Part shown: piece after piece, positions 40,292-49,413 of the stretch
How the letters are laid out: each line of letters opens with the position of its first letter
Position numbering within the stretch: the stretch's first letter is position 1
Source of the DNA: Synechococcus sp.
Lineage (GTDB): Bacteria; Cyanobacteriota; Cyanobacteriia; Thermostichales; PCC-7336
Assembly: GCA_051439425.1 (NCBI GenBank)
Contig: JBFRWD010000092.1
Location: forward strand, 1 to 52,954
Length of the DNA: 52,954 nt
Direction of reading: 5' to 3'
Notes under the pieces: model-generated
Seen by the model: the letters and a program-made list of their open reading frames with translations, nothing else
Databases searched by the model: none
Told to the model about the DNA's origin: nothing
Made by a program: the position numbers and the translations under genes

Positions 40292-40640
40292 ATGACACCT
40301 CTGACACTGGCTACCGCGATCTCGACCCTCTTAAACGCACTCGTTGTCGGTTGTCGGAGCAATTTATGCCTTTTCGACAATTCGCGGCTCATGGGTAGGT
40401 CTTTGGCTGGCCAGCCAAATTCTGTTGATTGTGTTGACCTTGCTGTCCCCGTTTGTTACGTCTCTCTCTGCTTCATATCTTAATTTGGAGCGCTTAGAGA
40501 TAATAATTTTTTCTCAAAATCTACTACTAGCTGTCGTATCTTTATTGGCAAGCTCACTGTTTATTTTGGTTGTTGCAAGAATAGAGAAACTCAAAACAAC
40601 AAATACCAGAATTCCAATCAAGGCCAGTAAAGTTCTCTAA
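40292..40640 (+). pseudogene. Small membrane-protein gene frameshifted by a 7-bp tandem duplication
   Basis: GTTGTCG-GTTGTCG at 40343-40356; removing one unit joins MTPLTLATAISTLLNALVV to GAIYAFSTIRG... giving a continuous 113-aa hydrophobic ORF; TATAAT at 40272. Confidence 0.6.
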
Positions 40641-40658
40641 CCCTTTAGGCCATCTCTC

Positions 40659-40945
40659 ATTTGTTTTCTGAAGGCAAGTTGCAATGGGATCTGTTGGGAA
40701 CAACCACCCACAATTTCACACTTGTGTGATAGTTGAGACGCCTTATCACCCAAAAAAAAGCTCTCCAATCTTAGGGAGAGCTTGAAAGATTCGGACTAAT
40801 GATGACAAAGCAGTGGCAACTAGGGGCCGCGACCGCGGAAGCTACTTTGCAGGTTGGGTGCAACTGCCACCATATCTTTATCGGTCATGTGCGATTGCAG
40901 AATCCACTTGCGAAGCTGCAGCTGGTAGGTGGGCACAAAGGATAC
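40659..40945. repeat. Relic direct repeat of 45053-45439 (3' end of the cadherin-like gene, terminator and 3' end of the convergent 157-aa gene)
   Basis: Collinear match, for example GGGAACAACCACCCACAATTTCACACTTG vs GGGAACAGTCACCCACAATTTCACGCTTG, and an identical TGCGATTGCAGAATCCACTTGCGAAGCTGCAGCTGGTAGGTGGG block; this copy lacks the MITE found in the other. Confidence 0.93.
40752..40783 (-). terminator. Intrinsic terminator (relic copy)
   Basis: AAGCTCTCC-AATCTTAG-GGAGAGCTT stem with an A-tract on the + strand (U-tract on the - strand). Confidence 0.7.
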
Positions 40946-41397
40946 GAAACGAACCGCTTTCAGAAGCAGGATTATTCCCAACCGTCGTTAATTCCTTTTC
41001 CCCTTTCGAACAAACATTGGCTGGCAAAGAATGAAAAAGTACTTAACAATCGTAGAAAATAGCCGCAAGAATGTACTGCCGGATGAAAGAAAAGCACCCG
41101 GGGCAATCTGTAGGCAAGGACAGTTCAGGACACAGATCCCGGCAACAATTTCTACCAACTTTGATGGCCGGGGCTTTCTTAGGCTAAGGCAAGGCCCGAT
41201 TAGGCGTCTCCCAGAAAAATTTGCATATTCAGGAAATTGACATACGGAGCTCTTGCCAAGCGAAAGCTAAACCCCAAGAGCAAGAGGCATGAGACAAAGA
41301 CAGGACATCAGCACTATCCAAAGTCATTAAGCTACGGAGGCAGTTACACTACTTCGAGCTCGGGAATTTGAACGATTGGATTCCTGCTTTCGAGGTA

Positions 41398-41498
41398 TGG
41401 CAATCCGTTGTAAGGTCTGGAGGGTTGAAACCTCTACAATACTTGATTGTCAAGGAAAAGTAGTCAGGGAAGTCTCCATAGCGGATTGCCGGTTGCTG
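41398..41498 (+). mobile_element. MITE-like hairpin element, copy 2 (101 bp)
   Basis: TA|TGGCAATCCGTTGTAAGGTCTGGAG...CTCCATAGCGGATTGCCGGTTGCTG|CA. Confidence 0.85.
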
Positions 41499-41820
41499 CA
41501 TGTGTGAATGCGCATCGTATCGAAATCGATCTCCAGACTCACACCGCAGGTCCTTTTTTCATTCGTAGAAACACTGAAAGCATAGATGGTTCTTATCCAA
41601 TTGTGCTGAACGATATGTTCACAGCACTGGGTATCCAATAACCAGTGGCAAGTTTACAGAAACTTTAAAATGTAAAGTTCTGTGTGTTCGCTCCTACTGC
41701 GAGCATGATGCGGAATTTACCGAGAGAGCTCAGGCGATCTGCGTTTTGCAGACCAGTCTGTCGTGCTCATCTTGTCTGGAAACTCCATCTTCCCGTGTGT
41801 TGTTGAGCTGGATACCCCCG

Positions 41821-44800
41821 ATGAAGCCGATTCAAGTTGGTCTTTACGACTCCGAAACGAATGAATTAGTTACCCTTCTCAACGATGGTCAGACAATTCC
41901 TGCACGCTTGGTCAGGGGTCGCAAATTGGCCATTGCCGCATACATTCCAGCCAACAGTCCTATGTCTGGAAACGTGGGGAGTATGGTTCTCAACCTCAAT
42001 GATGGTCAAGTAAGGCGAACCGAAAGTGTTGCCCCCTATTCGCTATTTGGTGATAACGGCGGAGATTTCTTCTCAGGTCGTGGTATTCCAGCAGGCAAGC
42101 ATAAAGTCGAGTTCTCGTTATTTTCTCAACGCAAAGGTACTGGTAAGCAGCTCGGTATCCATACGTTCAAGTTTGAGATTGCCGATGACAGCACGAATGC
42201 TGCACCTGAAATTACCAGTAAAAAATCTGTCAGGATCGCTGAAAATAACGCTTTTGTGCTGAACGTCAATGCTAGTGACGATCGCGATTCTGAAACTCAG
42301 GCATTGTCGTACGAGCTGACTGGAGGAGCCGATCTCAACTTATTTTCCCTCGATACCAAAACTGGACGGCTAGCGTTTAAATCTCGTCCTGATTATGAAA
42401 ACCCATTAGACGTTGGGGCAGACAACACCTACAACGTCGAGGTGACGGCCTCCGATTCGCAAGGACTAACCGATGTTCAAGCGATCGCGATCTCCGTTAG
42501 CGATCGCCAAGAAAACCCGGTGCTCCGCCAGTCAGTTCAAGTGGGGCTGTACGATGCGCAAACCGATACATTAATAACTCTCCTCAAAGATGGGGACAAA
42601 ATTCCCGAACGTCTGGTTAAGGGACGCACGTTTACGATCGTTGCCAGCGTCCCTTTCAATAGCCCTTTATCCGGCAAAGTTGGCAGTATCCATCTCGACT
42701 ACAACAACGGCAAATACAGAAAAACAGAGAATTCTCCTCCGTACGCACTATTTGGTGATGCGGGAAAGAATAACTTATTCTCGCGTCGCACCATTGCAAA
42801 GGGCAAGCACTCGATTGCCTTATCGATGTATTCCAAGCGCGAACGGGGCGGAACCATCCTAGACAAGCTGGAACTGAATTTTGACATTGTGGAAGGTACG
42901 AATTCTGGCGGGTCGACTAGCAGTAGCGTCAATGAAGCCCCCGAGATTATCAGCCGTAGCGCGCTCTCTGTCGTAGAGGGCAAGACTCGGGCCATTGATG
43001 TCAATGCGCGCGACGATAGCGATCTCGAAGGGGCTGGGCTAACCTACCGTCTCACCGGTAATACTGACGACAAACTATTCTCGATCGACTCCAAAACCGG
43101 ACAGCTATCCTTCAAATCGGCACCTCAATACAACCAGCCTCGAGATATTGGTTCGGACAATACGTACAACGTCGAAGTTACCGCTTCTGATTCTAAGGGA
43201 TTAACCGATGTTCAAAAGATCGAGATTTCTGTCGACAAATCGCCGATCTCCGAGCCACCCCCCAAGCCCAAATCTGATTTCTTCCTAACCGATGAATTCG
43301 ATTTATTTATTGCCCATAACGATGGCAACAATAACGATATTGATGACGTAGCATCATTGCCTATTCAGGCGGTGTATATCAACGCTGCCGGCCTGCAAGA
43401 TCGCACTACTTTCTTCTTCAATAATAATTTGGGCGAGCCTAACAATACTCGTGGCGATAAAACACCGCGTAACTTCGATCAAATGGCGGCTGTCCGTCAA
43501 AGCGCTGCCTTTGCAGAGAAGCTGGGAATCCAAACATACGATTACCAAGCGGGAATCGAACGAACCACGCAAAAACTGGTCGATATTCTTAACTCAGGCA
43601 AAAAGATACTAATTTTCGAGGGTGGGCCGATGGAAGCGACCTACCGGGCCTTAGGGTACGTATCCCGGCAAAATCGCTCCAACATCACCTTGATGACCCA
43701 CGGTACAAGGACATTCAACCAAACTCGGCAGTTAACGACCCGCCGTGGAGTATTTGATACCCGCACATGGGCCGATATCTTAAGAGATTTTCCGGAAGTC
43801 AACCGCATTCAAATTGAGAACCAAAATGGCCCCGATAAGTCTGGCGATCTGGGCTTCAATAGTTCGTTATGGAATTGGCTAGACACCACTAAAGATCCGC
43901 TCCTGCAAGAAGCTCGGTCTCTGATGGAGAATACGAGAAGCAAGTCGAAAAATGACCCATCCGATTCAGGCATGATCTTTTATGCGCTGACCGGCAAGCA
44001 GGATGGAGACCCGATTGATGCGCGTGAGTTTTTTGAGAAACATTCACCATCGCTGAATGCAAGGCCCACCCTCGTCGTTCAGGGACCACTCAGTGTGACC
44101 GATCGCCAAACCCAGGTTGTCGATATCCAAACTGTTACGTCTAACGGCGATCGAGAGGGTCGGGGGTTGACCTATGCCATCACGGGAGGGGCAGACCGCA
44201 ATCACTTCAAAATTGACAGCGAGGGAATTCTCAGCTTCAAGGACGCCCCCTCATTTGGCAATCCCAACGATACCAACACAGACAATCGGTACGACGTTGA
44301 AGTGACCGTTACGGATTCAAGCAACAGACGAGATCGCGAGCGACTGGACATTGAGGTTCGTCCATCCCAAGGCCCCAAAATTATTTCCAGTTCTAGAGTA
44401 CGAGTCAATAGTGACCAAACCCTGGCAGCAGATATCAATGCCGTAGACAACATTGATGAAGAACGATCTGGGTTAATTTACACAATTACTGGAGGGGCCG
44501 ATCTCGAAAAGTTTGAGATTGATGCGGACTCAAGCGGCAGTATGGGTCTACTGACATTTAAAAATCCCCCGAAATCCAGCACCCCTACAGACGCCAATCG
44601 AGACAACACCTATCAAGTTGAAGTCAGCGTGACGGATTCGGATGGTTTGACCGATAAACAGGCCATTCAGGTTGTCGTCATGGGAGATGAGAGCAGTGTC
44701 TCGGCTCCCGGCAGCAGTAACGCTGTTGCCAGTCAGTCTCTGACCGAAACCGATCGGCTTGCTCCCATTCAGGTAGGGCTTTATGACGCGACAACCGATA

Positions 44801-45123
44801 GGCTAATTGCTCCGATTGAAGATGGTGCCCGCATCTCAGCCGACTTGGTGAATGCAAAAAATCTAACGATCGCAGCCGTTGTCCCCGACAGCAGCTCCCT
44901 ATCCGGAAAGGTAGAGAGTATATTCCTCAATCTCAATCAAGGGGCGATCTCCCGAGTTGAAAGCAACGAACCCTACGCTCTGTTCGGAGATAAGGGAGGC
45001 AACTTTGCTGTGGGCCAAGGTTTGTCCAAAGGACGTAACCAGATTGCTTTTGATTTGTTTGCTGAAGACAAGCGTCAAGGGGAGCTGCTGGGAACAGTCA
45101 CCCACAATTTCACGCTTGTATAG
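41821..45123 (+). CDS. Large multidomain protein: three QVGLYD...PYALFGD beta-sandwich-like domains, four cadherin-like domains and a central Asp-rich putative enzymatic domain
   Basis: Cadherin-type motifs YELTGGAD..LFSLD..TG.LAFK..PDYENP.D.GADNTYNVEVTASD occur four times; HNDGNNNDIDD in the central domain; start placed at the ATG at 41821. Confidence 0.82.
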   Translation: MKPIQVGLYDSETNELVTLLNDGQTIPARLVRGRKLAIAAYIPANSPMSGNVGSMVLNLNDGQVRRTESVAPYSLFGDNGGDFFSGRGIPAGKHKVEFSLFSQRKGTGKQLGIHTFKFEIADDSTNAAPEITSKKSVRIAENNAFVLNVNASDDRDSETQALSYELTGGADLNLFSLDTKTGRLAFKSRPDYENPLDVGADNTYNVEVTASDSQGLTDVQAIAISVSDRQENPVLRQSVQVGLYDAQTDTLITLLKDGDKIPERLVKGRTFTIVASVPFNSPLSGKVGSIHLDYNNGKYRKTENSPPYALFGDAGKNNLFSRRTIAKGKHSIALSMYSKRERGGTILDKLELNFDIVEGTNSGGSTSSSVNEAPEIISRSALSVVEGKTRAIDVNARDDSDLEGAGLTYRLTGNTDDKLFSIDSKTGQLSFKSAPQYNQPRDIGSDNTYNVEVTASDSKGLTDVQKIEISVDKSPISEPPPKPKSDFFLTDEFDLFIAHNDGNNNDIDDVASLPIQAVYINAAGLQDRTTFFFNNNLGEPNNTRGDKTPRNFDQMAAVRQSAAFAEKLGIQTYDYQAGIERTTQKLVDILNSGKKILIFEGGPMEATYRALGYVSRQNRSNITLMTHGTRTFNQTRQLTTRRGVFDTRTWADILRDFPEVNRIQIENQNGPDKSGDLGFNSSLWNWLDTTKDPLLQEARSLMENTRSKSKNDPSDSGMIFYALTGKQDGDPIDAREFFEKHSPSLNARPTLVVQGPLSVTDRQTQVVDIQTVTSNGDREGRGLTYAITGGADRNHFKIDSEGILSFKDAPSFGNPNDTNTDNRYDVEVTVTDSSNRRDRERLDIEVRPSQGPKIISSSRVRVNSDQTLAADINAVDNIDEERSGLIYTITGGADLEKFEIDADSSGSMGLLTFKNPPKSSTPTDANRDNTYQVEVSVTDSDGLTDKQAIQVVVMGDESSVSAPGSSNAVASQSLTETDRLAPIQVGLYDATTDRLIAPIEDGARISADLVNAKNLTIAAVVPDSSSLSGKVESIFLNLNQGAISRVESNEPYALFGDKGGNFAVGQGLSKGRNQIAFDLFAEDKRQGELLGTVTHNFTLV

Positions 45124-45221
45124 CAGTCCGCTGTAGGGTCTAGAGCTTAGCCTCAGCTAAAACCCTGGATTTGCAAAGAAACAGAGCGAGGAAACTTTCC
45201 GTAGCAGATTGCCGATCTTGA
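45121..45221 (+). mobile_element. MITE-like hairpin element, copy 3 (101 bp), inserted at the stop codon of the cadherin-like gene
   Basis: TA|TAGCAGTCCGCTGTAGGGTCTAGAG...TTCCGTAGCAGATTGCCGATCTTGA|TA; absent from the paralogous site near 40724. Confidence 0.88.
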
Positions 45222-45246
45222 TATGACAGTTGAGTGGCCATAGCGC

Positions 45247-45277
45247 AAAAAAAAGCTCTCCAATCTAGGGAGAGCTT
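45247..45277 (-). terminator. Intrinsic terminator of the 157-aa gene
   Basis: AAGCTCTCC-AATCTAG-GGAGAGCTT stem followed by a U-tract on the minus strand, about 36 nt after the stop codon. Confidence 0.8.
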
Positions 45278-45313
45278 GAAAGATTCGGACTGATGATGAC
45301 TAAGCAGTGGCAA

Positions 45314-45787
45314 CTAGAGGCCGCGACCGCGGAAGCTACTTTGCATATTGGGAGCAACCGCAACCAGATCTTTGTCGGTCATTTGCGATTGCAGAATCCA
45401 CTTGCGAAGCTGCAGCTGGTAGGTGGGTACAAAGGGTACAGCGGTACCGCTACTGAGAAGGTAAGCAGGGCGAGTTTGCGGAACAACACTGACCTTGATA
45501 CCGCGATAGGTAAAGTTTTCAAGATTTCCGGGGCGATCCATTGCTGCTGCAAATACAGGATCGACGGGAAGACCGCGATACTGATTCTCTCCAGCATCAT
45601 GGGCCTCCAGAAACGCTGCACACCAGTCGGCGATCGCACGAGCGTCCAACGAACGATTCGCGGGCAGGAGATGCTCGTTGATTAAGGCAACGATCCAAGC
45701 AAAAGCCACCCAGGCATATTCCCCCAATCGATCGCGGAGATTTTCACAGAACCGCATGAAGCGGGCGTTAGAAGGTCGATCCGTCAT
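45314..45787 (-). CDS. Hypothetical 157-aa protein with two YRG motifs (DUF4278-like)
   Basis: QYRGLP and FTYRGIK motifs; upstream TATAAT; own terminator; differences from its relic copy are mostly synonymous, which supports coding status. Confidence 0.75.
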   Translation of the reverse strand: MTDRPSNARFMRFCENLRDRLGEYAWVAFAWIVALINEHLLPANRSLDARAIADWCAAFLEAHDAGENQYRGLPVDPVFAAAMDRPGNLENFTYRGIKVSVVPQTRPAYLLSSGTAVPFVPTYQLQLRKWILQSQMTDKDLVAVAPNMQSSFRGRGL

Positions 45788-46139
45788 GGAACTCTACTGA
45801 ATGAGACTGTAGTTATGCGTGATTATAGCGACATTAGTGACACAACACGTTCATTATGAACTTCAAATTGGGCAGGCTAATAACAAAACCCTGAATTTCA
45901 GGCGAAAATTAGTCTGCCGCCATGGCATCGCCAACCCTGTGGATCTGTCAAGAACAGGTCCTCTCAGTGAATAAAAGTATTCATCAGCAACAGCCTCCTC
46001 GAAGAACAAAGAATCGCGAGTAGAAGCGCACTTCTCAACAATCAACCAGTCGATGGAAACGATTATTGGAATGGCTTCTAGCTTTACCCATGAATGGGGA
46101 TAGTAACCTAAGTTCAAGGGAGCGGCATTGAGAACACGA

Positions 46140-47156
46140 ATGGCTAGGACATTTCGAATTTTGGCAGGTAGCTTTAGTTTGATTGTTCTCTTACTGGCAA
46201 GTTTGATACTCCATGCCGGAGGGTGGGCCAATTTTAAGCTGAGCTATTTTTCTTGGACTCAGGTATTGCATAAGCAAGATCTTGAGTTTAGCGATTTGCG
46301 CGATCGCCAAGTTATCCCCGAAGAAACTACCCGAATAGATCTCGAACAGCTATTGAATGGCGGCCCACCTAAAGACGGTATTCCCAGTATTGACAATCCC
46401 CTGTTCGATACTGCCGATTCGACTCCATTTAATTCTGATGAATGGGTGGTAGGGATCGTGGTTAATGGTGAGGCAAAAGCCTATCCCTACGGCATTCTCA
46501 ACTGGCACGAGATTGTCAACGATACGGTTGGTGGCATAAATCTGGCCGTTAGCTACTGCCCTTTATGCGACACTATCCTGGCGTTTGAGCGCAACAATAC
46601 AACTTTTGGAGTATCGGGGAAGCTTTACCAAAGTTGTTTGGTTATGTACGACCGTGCTGACGACTCTCTCTACGCGCAGCCTTGGGGATTGGGAGTGGTT
46701 GGACCGGAAATGAACCGGTTTTTAGATCGCTTTCCGGTTGTCAAAACTCGATTGGGCGATTGGTTAGAGCGGCATCCCGATAGTTCGATCCTGGCCACAG
46801 ACACTGGCTACAACCGTGACTATCACCGCTATCCCTACGGTACTTACAATCAAGACGAACGTATTATTTTTCCTGTTCGCGGCCAGCAAAGGTTAAGCGA
46901 AGCTCCCAAGGAAATTGTTACCTATATTTGGGAACCCGATCGCAATACCCCACATAATCAGTTCTCTGGGGATAGTGAGCAGTTTGTGCATCGAGATCTT
47001 CAGCGGGAAGGGCAGCAAGAAGTGGAATTTAATGGTGGTACGGCAATCGCCCGATGGGATGAGCAGTTAAACACAGTTATTGTTGAAGATTCTGAAGGCT
47101 ATCCAATCCCTAGCTCGACAGCCTATGCATTTGTGTACCCAGCTTTTTTTGATTGA
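46140..47156 (+). CDS. DUF3179 domain-containing membrane-anchored protein
   Basis: GGPPKDGIPSIDNP, AKAYPYGILNWHEIVND, SYCPLC and FGVSGKLYQSCLVMYDR motifs; N-terminal TM segment. Confidence 0.9.
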   Translation: MARTFRILAGSFSLIVLLLASLILHAGGWANFKLSYFSWTQVLHKQDLEFSDLRDRQVIPEETTRIDLEQLLNGGPPKDGIPSIDNPLFDTADSTPFNSDEWVVGIVVNGEAKAYPYGILNWHEIVNDTVGGINLAVSYCPLCDTILAFERNNTTFGVSGKLYQSCLVMYDRADDSLYAQPWGLGVVGPEMNRFLDRFPVVKTRLGDWLERHPDSSILATDTGYNRDYHRYPYGTYNQDERIIFPVRGQQRLSEAPKEIVTYIWEPDRNTPHNQFSGDSEQFVHRDLQREGQQEVEFNGGTAIARWDEQLNTVIVEDSEGYPIPSSTAYAFVYPAFFD

Positions 47157-47169
47157 TGTTTTTTCTGAC

Positions 47170-47460
47170 GTAGTTCAGCAACTGAGAAGATACTCTACGG
47201 CTCATCGAGAGGTGATGCCGACTGTGGATCATAGACAGCACAAGGGGTTACCAATCGCTTGGAAGCTTCTCACCAGCCGACGCGAGAGCGAGACAAACTT
47301 ATGAGATGTTCTAATCGATGGTCATATTCAGAAGTTTCTAACAACCTTCGAATGCACCTGAACTTACCTCTGTCCAGAAAGGCATTTGATGTCGGCGAAT
47401 TGCTATGGGTAAAGAATGCTATCTCGCGTCCAAACCTGGAGCCAGATTGTAGGGAGCTAA
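47170..47460 (+). pseudogene. IS6 (IS240/IS431-type) DDE transposase C-terminal remnant
   Basis: Across frameshifts and stops it reads LRRYSTAHREVMPTVDHRQHKGL / NRLEASHQPTRER / GHIQKFLTTFE..CPERHLMSA..W, matching the IS6 HRQHKGLNNRAENSHQPTRRRER signature. Confidence 0.8.
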
Positions 47461-47583
47461 ATTATTGACCTCTAACTCAACAAGCAGCAGATTTGCAATT
47501 ATTGATGTGCTGCGGCTGTTACATGAAGAGACGGAGCAACCGAAACGCTAACACTATCGATCGCCGATCGCATTCAGCAAGCG

Positions 47584-48132
47584 TTAAACGCTGGTGATTT
47601 CCACCTCTTTGGCCTTAGTGATTTCGTCAATTTTCTTGACATATTTGTCAGTCAGCTTTTGTACTGAATCCTGCAGATCTTTGGACTCATCTTCGGAAAT
47701 CTCCGAGTTCTTTTCCTGCTTTCGAATGCTGTCAATACCATCCCGGCGAATGTTGCGGACGGATACTTTGCCTTCCTCTGCCAGCTTGCCCACCATTTTG
47801 ACCAAGTCCTTGCGGCGCTCCTCGGTCAGCGGTGGAATATTGAGGCGAATCATCTTGCCGTCATTGTTGGGAGTAAGGCCGATATCGGACATGGCGATCG
47901 CCCGTTCGATATCGCTCATGGCGGAGGCATCAAACGGCTGGATGCTGATGGTGCTGCTGTCGGGAGTGCTGATGTTGGCCAAAGATTTTAGAGGAGTAGG
48001 AGCACCGTAATAGTCCACCTGAACGCGATCGAGCAGACTGGTGCTGGCGCGTCCCGTGCGAATGGTGTTGAAGTTTCGCTGCGTGGCCTGGATGGCCTTT
48101 TGCATATACTCTTCGACGTCCGATAGTTCCAC
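47584..48132 (-). CDS. frr: Ribosome recycling factor
   Basis: [36 protein letters not shown] and VRNIRRD motifs; GTG start at 48132. Confidence 0.96.
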   Translation of the reverse strand: MELSDVEEYMQKAIQATQRNFNTIRTGRASTSLLDRVQVDYYGAPTPLKSLANISTPDSSTISIQPFDASAMSDIERAIAMSDIGLTPNNDGKMIRLNIPPLTEERRKDLVKMVGKLAEEGKVSVRNIRRDGIDSIRKQEKNSEISEDESKDLQDSVQKLTDKYVKKIDEITKAKEVEITSV

Positions 48133-48381
48133 GGTGCACCTCACGGTTAGCTGAAATGAGATTATCTATATCAAGATTGAAAGGGCTGAGATGAGTACAG
48201 GCAGGTCGAGTCACTAAGTATTGGGCTTAGCTCAAACTAAAGCACAATCATCTCTAGCCCTAGTATTGTACGCTCGCCAGTGCCAGGGAACAGGGCGATC
48301 GCTCGGGACTTATCCAGTTTTTGCGCTCTGAAGCTGTTTCGCACTATCGCGGCAATTGGCCATACCCAGAACAGGGAACCG

Positions 48382-49284
48382 TTAACTGGTGGCAGAAGCA
48401 TTGGAGCCGCGAGAGCGATTGCGACTCAGAATGAACAGAGCCAGTCCCCCCAACACCGCAAGAGATGCCACCACCAGACGTAGGGTAATAGGCTCGGAGA
48501 GCAACACCACACCCCCAAACGTTGCGAGGACGGGGACGCATAGCTGAACAGCGGCAGCACTAGTGGTGGGTAGAGCTGGCAACACCTGGTACCAAATGGC
48601 ATACCCCACCCCCGATGTCAGTCCTCCAGACGCAGCCGCCAATCCAATCCCCACTCCATCCAGTGACATCTGACGGAAGAACAGCAGGCTTACGACCAGT
48701 GAAAACGGTACCGCTCTCAAAAAGTTGCCTCCCGTTTTTAGTATTGGATTGCCAGCATTTTGTCCGCGCATGGAGTAAATCCCCCACGCCACTCCAGCCC
48801 CCAGCATCAGTGCTGAACCAAGGAAAGAAGGGGCTTCTAGACCAGGGGTAACCAGTATGCTCAAGCCCGCAAACGCACTGATAAAACCCAGAAGCTGTCG
48901 CCAGTTGAGGCGTTCCCCAGCTAGCAGCCCACCCCCAATCATGGTGACCTGAACGGCTCCAAATAAGAGTAATGCTCCAGTACCGGCAGACAACTTGATA
49001 TAGGCAAAGGAAAACCCTACGGCATAAGCAAACAGGAACAATGCCGACCCCCAAGTCCCATCCCTAGACTGTTTGGAGCGATTTGGCTGTTTACGCGCTG
49101 ACTGTTCGGAGTGAAGACACCAGCCAATGAGCCACAGAGTGACAGCACCGGCAACCAATCTGACAGTGGTAAAACTAGCCGCATCAATGGCAGTTGCGGC
49201 CAATGCTACACGGCACAGCAAGGAGTTGCCGGCAAATGCAAGCATGGTCAGCGAGGTCAGGGCGATAATGCGGACTAATGACAT
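48382..49284 (-). CDS. DMT/EamA family transporter
   Basis: AFAGNSLLCR, SFTTVRL, FSFAY..LSAGTGALLLFG and GYAIWY motifs; about 10 TM helices; start placed at the ATG at 49284. Confidence 0.88.
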   Translation of the reverse strand: MSLVRIIALTSLTMLAFAGNSLLCRVALAATAIDAASFTTVRLVAGAVTLWLIGWCLHSEQSARKQPNRSKQSRDGTWGSALFLFAYAVGFSFAYIKLSAGTGALLLFGAVQVTMIGGGLLAGERLNWRQLLGFISAFAGLSILVTPGLEAPSFLGSALMLGAGVAWGIYSMRGQNAGNPILKTGGNFLRAVPFSLVVSLLFFRQMSLDGVGIGLAAASGGLTSGVGYAIWYQVLPALPTTSAAAVQLCVPVLATFGGVVLLSEPITLRLVVASLAVLGGLALFILSRNRSRGSNASATS

Positions 49285-49413
49285 GACCTGATAAGGCTGG
49301 GGCAATTGAACCGATGGTATCCCCAAGAATCCGCCAGATAGACACGCCTTTCCAGGCTGGCTGTAATGTCTGGCTCAATCGACGCGAAACCCGAACGTCA
49401 GCCTGACAAGGGA

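Noticed and set aside
40799..41062. Paralogous + strand ORFs MMTKQWQL... at 40799 and 45293
   Set aside because: They are antisense to the YRG gene tail; the synonymous substitution pattern and terminator orientation support the minus-strand frame.
41250..41286. CTCTTG...AGC-GAAA-GCT...CAAGAG hairpin suggesting a c-di-GMP riboswitch upstream of the adhesin-like gene
   Set aside because: It has a GNRA loop but lacks the recognisable flanking consensus and second stem.
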